Part shown: piece by piece, positions 10,107 through 19,433 of the stretch
Position numbering within the stretch: position 1 is the first letter of the stretch
Layout: each line of letters starts with the position of its first letter
Assembly (NCBI RefSeq): GCF_965279145.1
Contig: NZ_OZ257139.1
Location: 4,011,571-4,075,570, forward strand
Direction of reading: 5' to 3'
DNA length: 64,000 bases
DNA from: Caulobacter sp.
Lineage (GTDB): Bacteria > Pseudomonadota > Alphaproteobacteria > Caulobacterales > Caulobacteraceae
Translations under genes and position numbers: made by a program
The notes under the pieces: model-generated
Database searches by the model: none
What the model was told of the DNA's origin: nothing
What the model saw: only the letters and a program-made list of their open reading frames with translations

Positions 10107-11234
10107 ATGACCGATCCCGCCCAGATTCCGTTCGCCGCCCTCGAAATCGGGGTCCGTGGCGTCGCTGTCGGCGCCTTTGCCGCCACAGCCGTCGCCCTCG
10201 GCGCCAGCCGCAAGATGACCCCAACCCGCTGGGTCGGCGTCCTGCTGATGGCCTGCGCGATCGCTCACGTCGTCGACGGCCATTTCTACTACACCCAAAG
10301 CCGGCACTATGACCTTTTGACCTGGGCCCTATCAGCCTCGGCGGCCGGCGCATTCTGGCTATTCTGCTCGGTGCTTTTCGAGGATGAACCCTCGATCCCG
10401 CTCTGGCGCTTCTCGGTTCCCGGGGCCGTGCTAGCCCTTTGGGCGGCTGGCGCGCTTTTGCCTACGTCTCCCGCGCGCGCAGCCGCATGGTGGCTGTTCG
10501 CCGCCTTCTCGGTGGGCATCCATTGCCACATCCTGCTGACCGCCTGGCGGGGCTGGCGCATTGATCTGGTTGAGCGTCGCCGTCGTCTTCGCGCGCCCCT
10601 CGCCGCTGCGGCGACCGGCTACATGTTCATCCAGAACCTCTGCGATTTCGGCTTTGGACATGGCCCGGTGCTGCCCAGCCTCGTTCAGGCCCTGTCTCTC
10701 GCCGCCCTGGGGATCGGGTCAGCCCTGGCATTGTTGCGCGCCGAGCCCCTCCTCGTGCAGGCGGCCGACGTATCCGCCGACATGCCCGCGCCCAAGCCTG
10801 CTGAGCCGCTTGATCTGACGCCCGCCGATCGCCTCGTTCTGGCGCGCCTGGAAAAGGCCATGACCGAAACCGAAGTCTGGCGGGGCGAGGACCTGTCGAT
10901 CGGCGCCCTGGCCGCCCTGATCGGCGCGCCCGAGCATCGCCTGCGCAGGCTGATCAACGGCCTGCTGGGCCATCGCAACTTCGCAGACTATGTCAACGGC
11001 CGGCGGATAGAGGCGGCCAAGGTCGCGCTGGCCGATCCGGAACAGGCCCTGAAGTCTGTCTCGACCATCGCCTATGAGCTGGGCTTTGGCTCTTTGGGTC
11101 CCTTCAACCGCGCCTTCCGGGCCGCCGTCGGCGTTCCACCGACTACCTGGCGCCAGGAGGCTACGCCGGTCCTCCCGCATCTGCGACTGGTCGAAACCGC
11201 ACATACCGCGTCGAAAGCCGACAAACGCGCCTGA
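10107..11234 (+). CDS. AraC family regulator with N-terminal multi-TM domain
   Basis: About 6-7 hydrophobic segments, then C-terminal AraC HTH (LSIGALAA..HRLRRLIN..IAYELGFGSLGPFNRAF). Confidence 0.9.
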   Translation: MTDPAQIPFAALEIGVRGVAVGAFAATAVALGASRKMTPTRWVGVLLMACAIAHVVDGHFYYTQSRHYDLLTWALSASAAGAFWLFCSVLFEDEPSIPLWRFSVPGAVLALWAAGALLPTSPARAAAWWLFAAFSVGIHCHILLTAWRGWRIDLVERRRRLRAPLAAAATGYMFIQNLCDFGFGHGPVLPSLVQALSLAALGIGSALALLRAEPLLVQAADVSADMPAPKPAEPLDLTPADRLVLARLEKAMTETEVWRGEDLSIGALAALIGAPEHRLRRLINGLLGHRNFADYVNGRRIEAAKVALADPEQALKSVSTIAYELGFGSLGPFNRAFRAAVGVPPTTWRQEATPVLPHLRLVETAHTASKADKRA

Positions 11235-11304
11235 TTTCGAGAACGGCGCGACCCGTCGTTCCCCAACAGCTTCCCTGGCGGCGTCATCCCCCTAGGAGCC
11301 ACCA

Positions 11305-12105
11305 ATGCCCGATGCCCTACTCCCCTTCGCCCAAAACTGGCTGATCGCCATGCAGGCCGATGTCACCCGCTATGTCCTGTTTTCAGTCGGCGTCTGGCTG
11401 ACCCTTTGGGTTCTGCTGGCCCGCCCCCTGGCCGGACGCAGGATCCGCGATACGCGACCGCCGGCCCGCCAGCTTGTCCTGGAGTTCCTGATCTCGATCC
11501 GCTCGATCATGATCTTCTCCACGGCGGGGCTGCTGACCTTCGGCCTGTTCCGCGCCGGCCTGATGCCGGGCCCTTACATCGCGCGCGACCTGGGCCCCTT
11601 CTGGTTCTGGACCAGTCTGGTGCTGATGATCATCGGCCACGACGCCTGGTTCTACTGGACCCACCGGCTGATCCACGACCGGCGACTGTTCCGGACCTTC
11701 CACCGCCGCCATCATCGGTCGCACAACCCCTCGCCGTTCACCGCCTACAGCTTCGATCTGGGCGAGGCGGCGATAAACGCGCTGTTCGTGCCGCTGTGGA
11801 TGCTGATCGTCCCGACCCAGTGGCCGGTCATCGGCCTGTTCGTTCTGCACCAGATCGCCCGCAACACCCTCGGGCACAGCGGCTACGAGCTGTTCCCGGC
11901 CCGCAAGGACGGCCGGCCCCTGCTGCCCTGGCTGACCACCGTGACCCACCACGACCTGCACCACGCGCAGGCGGGCTATAACTACGGTCTCTATTTCACC
12001 TGGTGGGATCGCTGGATGGGCACCGAGCACCCGGAGTATCTGGCGCGGTTCGCCGCCGTGACGGCCCGCAAGCGTCTGGCTACCAGTTCGCCTTCACCAG
12101 CTTGA
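11305..12105 (+). CDS. Sterol desaturase / fatty acid hydroxylase family protein
   Basis: His boxes HDAWFYWTHR, HRRHH, HQIARNTLGH, HHDLHH; TM segments. Confidence 0.92.
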   Translation: MPDALLPFAQNWLIAMQADVTRYVLFSVGVWLTLWVLLARPLAGRRIRDTRPPARQLVLEFLISIRSIMIFSTAGLLTFGLFRAGLMPGPYIARDLGPFWFWTSLVLMIIGHDAWFYWTHRLIHDRRLFRTFHRRHHRSHNPSPFTAYSFDLGEAAINALFVPLWMLIVPTQWPVIGLFVLHQIARNTLGHSGYELFPARKDGRPLLPWLTTVTHHDLHHAQAGYNYGLYFTWWDRWMGTEHPEYLARFAAVTARKRLATSSPSPA

Positions 12106-12748
12106 CCATGAAGCGGCCGTCCTGAACGCGCCAGTCCTGGCCATTGAGGTTGGCGGCGCGCAAGCTGACGGTGAACTCGGCGGGGATGTCGAACGGCCGC
12201 GTCAGGCTGAGATCGACACCCTCGTCGCCCATCGTGCCGCCGCCGACGGCGATGGAACCGACCGGCTTGCCGTCCAGGGTCAGGGCGGAGCGCACATTGG
12301 CCCGCGCCACGGGGATCTGACCGGGGACCGCGATCACCTGGCTGGCGTTCATGTCCATCGAGACGCTGACATAGTTGGCGCGCGGCAGAAGGCCGAAGCC
12401 GAACATCTTCGACATCGACGAGCGCAGCCGGGCCTCGCGGTCGTTCCACGAGGCGCCCAGCGCCAGGGAACGCTTGCCGACTTCGGCTTCATCGGGCTTG
12501 GCCACCAGATTCAGGTCAAGGTCGTAGGTGGGACGTTCGAGGGTGCCGGCCACCCTTGCGGTCAGCTTGGCGCTTTCGGTGTCGGTGGACAGATCGAGCG
12601 GCAGGGCCGCCGAATAGCCGGTGAAACGGCCGTCATTGGCGGAAACCGACAGGGCCGGCTTCTGGATCGCCTGGGCGGCGGCGGATTCGGCGAACATCGC
12701 CAAGGTTCCGCAGGCCGCGAAGGCGCGTATGACAGCGCGAGACAGCAT
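12080..12748 (-). CDS. Hypothetical exported beta-rich protein
   Basis: Signal-peptide-like N-terminus (MLSRAVIRAFAACG..AAAQA), ends in Trp. No family recognised; start chosen at ATG 12748. Confidence 0.6.
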   Translation of the reverse strand: MLSRAVIRAFAACGTLAMFAESAAAQAIQKPALSVSANDGRFTGYSAALPLDLSTDTESAKLTARVAGTLERPTYDLDLNLVAKPDEAEVGKRSLALGASWNDREARLRSSMSKMFGFGLLPRANYVSVSMDMNASQVIAVPGQIPVARANVRSALTLDGKPVGSIAVGGGTMGDEGVDLSLTRPFDIPAEFTVSLRAANLNGQDWRVQDGRFMVKLVKANW

Positions 12749-12872
12749 CCCTCGCTTCCTAGCACAACCGCCCCTTGCGGCAAGGTTAAGCTGCCATGGG
12801 GTTGATGACGGTTTGTGAAGTCGCCGCCTTCGCCCAGGGACAAGGCGTAAGGCGCCGGCTTCCAATGCTTTC

Positions 12873-12901
12873 TTGCCTCCTGACGCCTTCTCCTGTAATA
12901 G
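12873..12901 (+). promoter_or_regulatory. Putative sigma70 promoter of rpsF-rpsR-rplI
   Basis: TTGCCT-N17-TAATAG upstream of rpsF. Confidence 0.45.
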
Positions 12902-13035
12902 CGCGCCCTCTCACGGATGGCGGTCTTGCACGCAGCCCCTAGGGGTCGGGATTTCCCGGTCGCGCTCAGGATCCATCGTGGTGGTCGGACTTCCGCCGAC
13001 AACCGCGCCGCTATCCAAACCGGAAGAAGGAAAAC

Positions 13036-13422
13036 ATGGCGTTCTACGAACACGTGGTCATCGCGCGGCAAGATATCTCGCCGCAACAGGCCGAAGCTCT
13101 GAACGAGCAAATCAAAGCCCTGATCGAAGAAGGCGGCGGTCACATCGCCAAGATCGAATACTGGGGCCTGCGTAACCTCACCTATCGCATCAAGAAGAAC
13201 CGCAAGGGCCACTACTCCCTGCTGGCCATCGACGCTCCGGCGCCGGCCGTCAAGGAAGTCGAGCGCCAGCTGCTGATCAATGAAGACGTCCTGCGCTTCA
13301 TGACCATCCGCGTGGAAGAGCTGGACCTGGAACTGTCGCCGGTTCTGGCCCGTCGTGACCGCGAACGTAGCGAGCGCCCCGAGCGTTCGGACCGTCCGCG
13401 CGAAGACTTCGCGGCCGCGTAA
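13036..13422 (+). CDS. rpsF: 30S ribosomal protein S6
   Basis: [26 protein letters not shown]. Confidence 0.98.
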   Translation: MAFYEHVVIARQDISPQQAEALNEQIKALIEEGGGHIAKIEYWGLRNLTYRIKKNRKGHYSLLAIDAPAPAVKEVERQLLINEDVLRFMTIRVEELDLELSPVLARRDRERSERPERSDRPREDFAAA

Positions 13423-13437
13423 GGGAGAAGAGAGATC

Positions 13438-13716
13438 ATGACCGATACCACTGCTCCCGAAGCCGGCGCTGGCGCGCCCGCCGCTGGCGGCGCCCGCCGC
13501 CCGTTCTTCCGCCGCCGCAAGGTGTGCCCGTTCTCCGGCGCCAACGCTCCGAAGATCGACTACAAGGACGTCAAGCTCCTGCAGCGCTACGTTTCCGAAC
13601 GTGGCAAGATCGTGCCGTCGCGCATCACCGCGGTGTCGGCCAAGAAGCAACGCGAACTGGCCAAGGCCATCAAGCGCGCCCGCTTCCTGGCTCTGCTCCC
13701 CTACGTCGTGAAGTAA
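13438..13716 (+). CDS. rpsR: 30S ribosomal protein S18
   Basis: [37 protein letters not shown]. Confidence 0.98.
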   Translation: MTDTTAPEAGAGAPAAGGARRPFFRRRKVCPFSGANAPKIDYKDVKLLQRYVSERGKIVPSRITAVSAKKQRELAKAIKRARFLALLPYVVK

Positions 13717-13729
13717 GGGAGACACCACG

Positions 13730-14314
13730 ATGAAAGTCATTCTGCTCGAACGCGTCGAAGGCACTGGCGTCCTCGGCGACGTGGTCACCGTGAAGGACGG
13801 CTTCGCCCGTAACTTCCTGCTGCCGCGTCACAAGGCTCTCCGCGCCAATGCGACGAACCTGAAGTCCTTCGAAGTTCAGCGCGCTGAAATCGAAGTGCGC
13901 AACGTGAAGAACCGCGAAGCCGCCGGCGCTGTCGGCGAGACCCTCGACGGCACGCAATACGTGATGATCCGTCAGGCTGGCGAAAGCGGCCAGCTGTACG
14001 GTTCGGTCGCGGGTCGCGACGTCGCCGACGCCATCAAGGCCGAAGGCGGCAAGGTCGATCGCTCGATGATCGTCCTGGACAAGCCGATCAAGACGCTCGG
14101 CGTTCACGAAGTGAAGGTGAAGCTGCATGCTGAAGTGACCGTCACGGTCACCCTCAACATCGCGCGCAGCGCCGACGAAGCCGAGCGTCAAGCGCGCGGC
14201 GAAAACGTCATCGCCGCTCAATTCGAAGAAGACCGCGCGGCTGACGCCGAAGCGGCCTCGGACATGGCCGCCGGTGGCGCCGGTTCGTTCGAAGGCGATC
14301 ACTACGAGTCCTGA
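13730..14314 (+). CDS. rplI: 50S ribosomal protein L9
   Basis: MKVILLERV..GDVVTVKDGFARNFLLP, GQLYGSV. Confidence 0.98.
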   Translation: MKVILLERVEGTGVLGDVVTVKDGFARNFLLPRHKALRANATNLKSFEVQRAEIEVRNVKNREAAGAVGETLDGTQYVMIRQAGESGQLYGSVAGRDVADAIKAEGGKVDRSMIVLDKPIKTLGVHEVKVKLHAEVTVTVTLNIARSADEAERQARGENVIAAQFEEDRAADAEAASDMAAGGAGSFEGDHYES

Positions 14315-14341
14315 TCCTTCCCGGATCGGTGACCTATCGAG

Positions 14342-14373
14342 AAACGGCGCGGAGCAATCCGCGCCGTTTTTTT
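14342..14373 (+). terminator. Intrinsic terminator of the rpsF operon
   Basis: aaacggcgcgga-gcaa-tccgcgccgttt followed by a T-run. Confidence 0.85.
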
Positions 14374-14510
14374 CTGCACCGCAGCCTAGAAATGCTCGTC
14401 TTGTGGGCGGAGCTCTGAATTCCCATCTTCACGGTAGGGGAGGCTCAACTCCCCTGCTCCGGGGCAAAAGAGCGTTCGTCGCCTCCCGGAGACATCCGAG
14501 GGGATTACAC

Positions 14511-16946
14511 ATGCGCTATAGAAACCTGCTACTGGCCGCGGCCTCGTTCACGGCCCTGTCCGGCGTCGCCCACGCCCAGACCGCCTCCGCCGACAACGCC
14601 ATCGTCGATGAAGTCGTCGTCACCGGCACCCGCGTCGTCGGCCGATCGCGCCTCGACACCCTGGCGCCGGTCGATGTCGTCACCGCCAAGACCCTGCAAC
14701 AACGCGGCAGCACCGAACTGGCCACGGCCCTGGCGGCCACCGTGCCGTCGATCACCTTCCCGCGCCCGTCCAACACCGACGGCACCGACTCGGTTCGCCC
14801 TGCGGTGCTGCGCGGCCAGGGCCCCGACCAGACACTGGTGCTGGTCAACGGCACGCGTCGCCACACGACGGCGCTGGTCAATCTGAACGGCTCGGTCGGA
14901 CGCGGCTCGGCCGCCGTCGACCTGAACGCCATCCCCTCGATCGCCCTCGACCGCATCGAAGTCCTGCGTGACGGCGCGGCCGCCCAGTACGGCTCGGACG
15001 CCATCGCCGGCGTCGTGAACCTGCGCCTGCGCGAAGCCGACCACGGCGGCGGCGTCACGATCACCGCCGGCCAGTACCGCACCAGCTTCAAGGGCCTGCA
15101 GACCAACGCCAAGCGCAACATCGACGACGGCACGACCCGCACCGTGGCCGGCTGGCAGGGCCTCAAGCTCGGCTCGGACGGCTTCCTGACCCTATCGGCT
15201 GAATATCGCGACCGCGACTTCACCAACCGCAGCGACATCGACACCCGCGTGACCCCGCAGCGCGTCACCTCGCGGTTCGGTGATCCGGAAACCAACGACG
15301 TCACCTTCTACGCCAATGCCGGCAAGCCCATCGGCGAAAGCTGGGAGGCCTATGGCTGGTACGGCTATCAGCAGCGTGACGCCGAGGCCTCGGCCACCTA
15401 TCGCCTGCCCACCGACGCCAGCCAGAACATCCCCAGCGTCTATCCCAACGGCTATCTGCCCCTGATCACCACCAACACCGAGGATGTCACCGCCGCCGGC
15501 GGCCTGCGCGGCGACTGGAACGGCTTCAAGATCGACGCCAACCTGGTCTACGGCAAGAACGACATCGATTTCGGCGTCAAGAACACCATCAACCCTTCGT
15601 ACGGTCCGACCTCGCCGACCAGCTTCAAGGCCGGCGGCCTGACCTATGACCAACTGGTCCTGGGCGTGGATGTCAGCAAGGAAGTCGAGGTTGGCCTGGC
15701 CGGTCCGCTGAACGTCGCCTTCGGCCTGGAAGCCCGCAAGGAGACCTTCCAGATCAACGCCGGCGAAGTGGCCTCGTATGCGCGCGGCACGGTCTCGCCC
15801 ACCCTGGCCTTCGGCTCGCGCGGCTTCACCGGCTTCACGCCCAGCAACGCGGTCGACGTCGATCGCGACGCCGTCGGGGTCTATCTGGATCTGGAAGGCA
15901 AGCTGACCGAGAAGCTGACCGGCTCGGCCGCCATCCGCTACGAGGACTATTCGGACTTCGGCACCAATACGAGCTGGAAGCTGTCGGGCCGCTACGACTT
16001 CACCCCGGCCTTCGCCATTCGGGGCGCCGCCTCGACCGGCTTCCGGGCCCCCAGCCTGCAGCAGCAATACTTCACCTCGACCTCGATCCTGTACATCAAC
16101 CAGACGGTCGGCGGCGTGACCACGGCGGTGCCGTTCGAGACGGGCACCTTCCCGTCGGTCAGCACCACCGGCAAGGCGCTGGGCGGCAAGCCGCTGGAGC
16201 CTGAGAAGTCGAAGAACTTCTCGCTGGGCGCCGTCTATCACAAGGGCCCGTTCGAGCTGACGATCGACGCCTATCGCATCGACGTCGACAACCGCATCGT
16301 CCTGACCGAGACCCTGACCGGCAGCGCCACCGCCGCCGCCGGGACCAACGCCCGGGTGATCTTCGACCTGCTGTCGCCCTTCGGCGCCTCGGCCGGCCGC
16401 TTCTTCACCAACGGCGTCGACACCGAGACGACCGGCATTGATGTCGTGGCGCGCTATCGCATCGTCGACGAACAGGCCGGCACGTTCGACCTGACGGCCG
16501 CGGGCAATATCAACAGCCTGGACGTCACCCGCACGCCGACCACCTCGGTGCTGCCGACCCCGGTGTCGCTGTTCGCCCGCCAGGCCACCCTGCGCTTCGA
16601 GGAAGGCACGCCCCAGCGCAAGCTGACCCTGCAGGGCGACTGGAGCAAGAACCAGTGGGGCGCCACCTTGCGCACCACGCTCTATGACAACGTCCTGGCG
16701 CCGGGCTCGGCCCTGGACGGCAGCGGCGACTGGCACACCGGCGCGCAGGGCATCGTCGATCTGGAAGCCCGTTATCGCTTCGACGCGGGCGTGACATTGT
16801 CGCTGGGCGCCGACAACCTGTTCGACCAGTATCCCGATCAGGTGCCGCCGAACCTCAACACCAGCGGCGGCAACCCCTGGTCCAGCTTCTCGCCGTTCGG
16901 CTTCAACGGCCGGTTCGTGTACGGCCGCGTCGCCTACAACTGGTAA
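14511..16946 (+). CDS. TonB-dependent outer-membrane receptor
   Basis: Signal peptide from ATG 14511, TonB box EVVVTG, plug (LVLVNG..IERIEVLRDGAAAQYGSDAIAGVVN), C-terminal aromatic (YNW). Confidence 0.93.
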   Translation: MRYRNLLLAAASFTALSGVAHAQTASADNAIVDEVVVTGTRVVGRSRLDTLAPVDVVTAKTLQQRGSTELATALAATVPSITFPRPSNTDGTDSVRPAVLRGQGPDQTLVLVNGTRRHTTALVNLNGSVGRGSAAVDLNAIPSIALDRIEVLRDGAAAQYGSDAIAGVVNLRLREADHGGGVTITAGQYRTSFKGLQTNAKRNIDDGTTRTVAGWQGLKLGSDGFLTLSAEYRDRDFTNRSDIDTRVTPQRVTSRFGDPETNDVTFYANAGKPIGESWEAYGWYGYQQRDAEASATYRLPTDASQNIPSVYPNGYLPLITTNTEDVTAAGGLRGDWNGFKIDANLVYGKNDIDFGVKNTINPSYGPTSPTSFKAGGLTYDQLVLGVDVSKEVEVGLAGPLNVAFGLEARKETFQINAGEVASYARGTVSPTLAFGSRGFTGFTPSNAVDVDRDAVGVYLDLEGKLTEKLTGSAAIRYEDYSDFGTNTSWKLSGRYDFTPAFAIRGAASTGFRAPSLQQQYFTSTSILYINQTVGGVTTAVPFETGTFPSVSTTGKALGGKPLEPEKSKNFSLGAVYHKGPFELTIDAYRIDVDNRIVLTETLTGSATAAAGTNARVIFDLLSPFGASAGRFFTNGVDTETTGIDVVARYRIVDEQAGTFDLTAAGNINSLDVTRTPTTSVLPTPVSLFARQATLRFEEGTPQRKLTLQGDWSKNQWGATLRTTLYDNVLAPGSALDGSGDWHTGAQGIVDLEARYRFDAGVTLSLGADNLFDQYPDQVPPNLNTSGGNPWSSFSPFGFNGRFVYGRVAYNW

Positions 16947-16966
16947 GCCAAGGCGATTGACCCAAG

Positions 16967-16998
16967 GAAAGGCGCGGAGAGCGATCTCCGCGCCTTTC
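16967..16998 (+). terminator. Intrinsic terminator after TonB receptor
   Basis: gaaaggcgcggaga-gcga-tctccgcgcctttc hairpin. Confidence 0.75.
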
Positions 16999-17019
16999 TC
17001 TTGCGGAATCGCCCACCGA

Positions 17020-17034
17020 GAACATACACAAAAC
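17020..17034. promoter_or_regulatory. Putative alphaproteobacterial LexA (SOS) box upstream of dnaB
   Basis: GAAC-ATACACA-AAAC, one mismatch to GAAC-N7-GAAC. Lies just downstream of TTGCGG (17001-17006), where a -10 would fall. Confidence 0.55.
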
Positions 17035-17106
17035 ATCCCCATTCATCTGAAGCGCGCGACCACACGGCGCGCGCGCGACCCCGGGCCGCTGCGTTAACCT
17101 GTGACG

Positions 17107-18621
17107 ATGTCGCTCGTACCCGCTCTAGACTTGCGTCCGCCCCACGCGGACATCACCATCGCCGTCGCGCCGCACAACCTGGAAGCCGAGCAGGCGTTGC
17201 TGGGCGTACTGCTGTACGACAATGCGGCCTATGAGCGACTGACCGACGCCCTGAACGGCCGCCACTTCTACGAGCCCTTCCACCAACGGCTGTTCCAGGC
17301 GATCGAGACCCACATCCGCAAGGGTCAGCTGGCCGAGCCGATCCTGCTGGCCGACGAGTTCAAGAAGGATCCGGCCTTCGAGGAACTGGGCGGCCTGCGC
17401 TACCTCGCCGACCTGGTCGATCGCGCCCCGCCGGCGGCCAATGTCGGCGACTATGCCCGGGCCGTTTTCGACCTGGCCCTGCGCCGCGACCTGATCCGCA
17501 TCGGCGGCGAGATCGCCTCGGTCGCCCACGGCGGCGGCGAGGAGATCAAGCCGGCCCGCGACCAGATCGAGGCCGCTGAACAGCAGCTCTACACCCTGGC
17601 CGAAAGCGGCACGGCCTCGTCGGGCTTCGTCAGCTTCGGCGACGCCCTGCGCGGCGCGGTCGAGATGACCGCCGAGGCCTACAGCCGCGACGGCGGCATG
17701 TCGGGCGTCGCCACCGACCTGACCGACCTGGACCAGAAGATCGGCGGCCTGCACCCTTCCGACCTGATCGTGCTGGCCGGCCGCCCCTCGATGGGCAAGA
17801 CGGCTCTGGCGACCAACATAGCCTTCAATGTCGCCCGCAAGTACGCCTACGAAATCCAGCCCGACGGCACCAAGAAGACGGTCCAGGGCGGCGTGGTTGC
17901 CTTCTACTCGCTGGAAATGAGCGCCGAACAGCTGGCCCTGCGTATGCTGGCCGACGCCTCGGGCGTCTCCGGCGACCGCCTCCGCAAGGGCGAGATCGAC
18001 GCGTCCGAGTTCGGCCGGGTTCGCGACGCGGCCATGGATCTGCAGGAAGCGCCGCTCTACATCGACGCCACCGGTGGTATCTCGATCGCCAAGCTGACGG
18101 CCCGGGCCAGACGCCTGAAGCGCCAGGTGGGCCTGGACCTGGTGGTCGTCGACTACCTGCAGCTGGTGACGGGCAGCGACCTCGGCTCCAACGCCAACCG
18201 CGTGCAGGAAGTCAGCCAGATCACCATGGGCCTCAAGGCCCTGGCCAAGGAACTGGGCTGTCCGGTGATCGCGCTCTCGCAGCTGTCGCGTCAGGTCGAG
18301 CAGCGCGAGGACAAGCGACCGCAACTGTCCGACCTTCGTGAATCCGGCTCGATCGAGCAGGACGCCGACATGGTCTGGTTCGTGTATCGCGAAAGCTATT
18401 ATGTCGGCCGCGCCGAGCCGCGCGAAGGCACGCCCGAGCACCTGACCTGGCAGGAAGACATGGACCGCCTGCAGGGCCTGGCCGAAGTGATCATCGCCAA
18501 GCAGCGCCACGGCCCCATCGGCACCGTGCGCCTGTCGTTCAACAGCGACACCACGCGCTTCGGCAACCTGGCCCGCGACCACTACTTCGCCCAGGCGCGC
18601 AACATTCCGTCGGACGAGTAG
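17107..18621 (+). CDS. dnaB: Replicative DNA helicase
   Basis: PHNLEAEQ, Walker A AGRPSMGKT, VVDYLQL, LSQLSR, DLRESGSIEQDAD, KQRHGP. Confidence 0.98.
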   Translation: MSLVPALDLRPPHADITIAVAPHNLEAEQALLGVLLYDNAAYERLTDALNGRHFYEPFHQRLFQAIETHIRKGQLAEPILLADEFKKDPAFEELGGLRYLADLVDRAPPAANVGDYARAVFDLALRRDLIRIGGEIASVAHGGGEEIKPARDQIEAAEQQLYTLAESGTASSGFVSFGDALRGAVEMTAEAYSRDGGMSGVATDLTDLDQKIGGLHPSDLIVLAGRPSMGKTALATNIAFNVARKYAYEIQPDGTKKTVQGGVVAFYSLEMSAEQLALRMLADASGVSGDRLRKGEIDASEFGRVRDAAMDLQEAPLYIDATGGISIAKLTARARRLKRQVGLDLVVVDYLQLVTGSDLGSNANRVQEVSQITMGLKALAKELGCPVIALSQLSRQVEQREDKRPQLSDLRESGSIEQDADMVWFVYRESYYVGRAEPREGTPEHLTWQEDMDRLQGLAEVIIAKQRHGPIGTVRLSFNSDTTRFGNLARDHYFAQARNIPSDE

Positions 18622-18702
18622 CGGCGGTTTGACGAGCGGCGGCGCGGCGGGCAAGGCTCGCGCGGCCGCTCCCAGTCCCATCCCCCCTGCGACGAGTCAC
18701 CC

Positions 18703-19392
18703 GTGAACTTCAGCCCCCTGCCCGTCTCCAGCTTCATCGGCGCGTTCCTGCTGGCGTTCCCGGCCCTGTTCTCGATCGTCAATCCGGTCGGGGCGTCGCT
18801 GATCTTCGACCAGGCCATGGGCGGGCGCAGCCAGGATCAGCGGCTGAAGCTGGCGCGGGCCATCGGCTTCTACGCCTTCCTGGTGCTGCTCGGCTCGTTG
18901 CTGCTGGGCGGCTATATCCTCAACTTCTTCGGGGTCAGCCTGGGCGCCCTGCGGGTGGCCGGCGGCCTTGTGGTGGCGATCCGCGCCTGGGGCCTGCTGA
19001 TGGATCCGCAGGAACAGGAGGACCGAAAGACCAGCGACACCGAACCAGCGCGCCGGCAGGAAGACATCGCCTTCTTTCCGATGACCATGCCGTTCACGAC
19101 CGGCCCCGGCTCCATCTCGGTCGCCATCGCCCTGTCCTCGCAACGTCCGACCGAGGGCAGCGCCGTGGCGTTCTTCCTCGGCGCCGGCGTGGCGGCGGCG
19201 GGCGTGGCCATCCTGGTCTGGCTGCTCTACAGCGCCTCTGACCGGGTGACGCGGCTGCTGGGCCAGTCCGGCGCACGGGTGCTGTCGCGACTGGTGGCGT
19301 TTCTGCTGCTGTGCATCGGCGTCCAGATCACCGCTTCGGGTTTCGAGAACCTGGTGACGGTCTTCCTGTCCAAGCACCCGGGCCTGTTCTAG
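18703..19392 (+). CDS. MarC family inner-membrane protein
   Basis: IVNPVG, FPMTMPFTTGPGSI, SRLVAFLLLCIGVQ; about 6 TM. Confidence 0.92.
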   Translation: MNFSPLPVSSFIGAFLLAFPALFSIVNPVGASLIFDQAMGGRSQDQRLKLARAIGFYAFLVLLGSLLLGGYILNFFGVSLGALRVAGGLVVAIRAWGLLMDPQEQEDRKTSDTEPARRQEDIAFFPMTMPFTTGPGSISVAIALSSQRPTEGSAVAFFLGAGVAAAGVAILVWLLYSASDRVTRLLGQSGARVLSRLVAFLLLCIGVQITASGFENLVTVFLSKHPGLF

Positions 19393-19433
19393 CTGGAAAA
19401 GCGGGCCGGTGTCGGCTACGCCCTGACCGCGCC

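Noticed and set aside
17034-17060. CATCC..CGAC upstream of dnaB as an extra ECF target
   Set aside because: Spacer is 18 nt rather than 17, and the site overlaps the better-supported LexA-like box.
15192-18681. - strand ORFs of 616 aa and 518 aa opposite the TonB receptor and dnaB
   Set aside because: Shadow frames.
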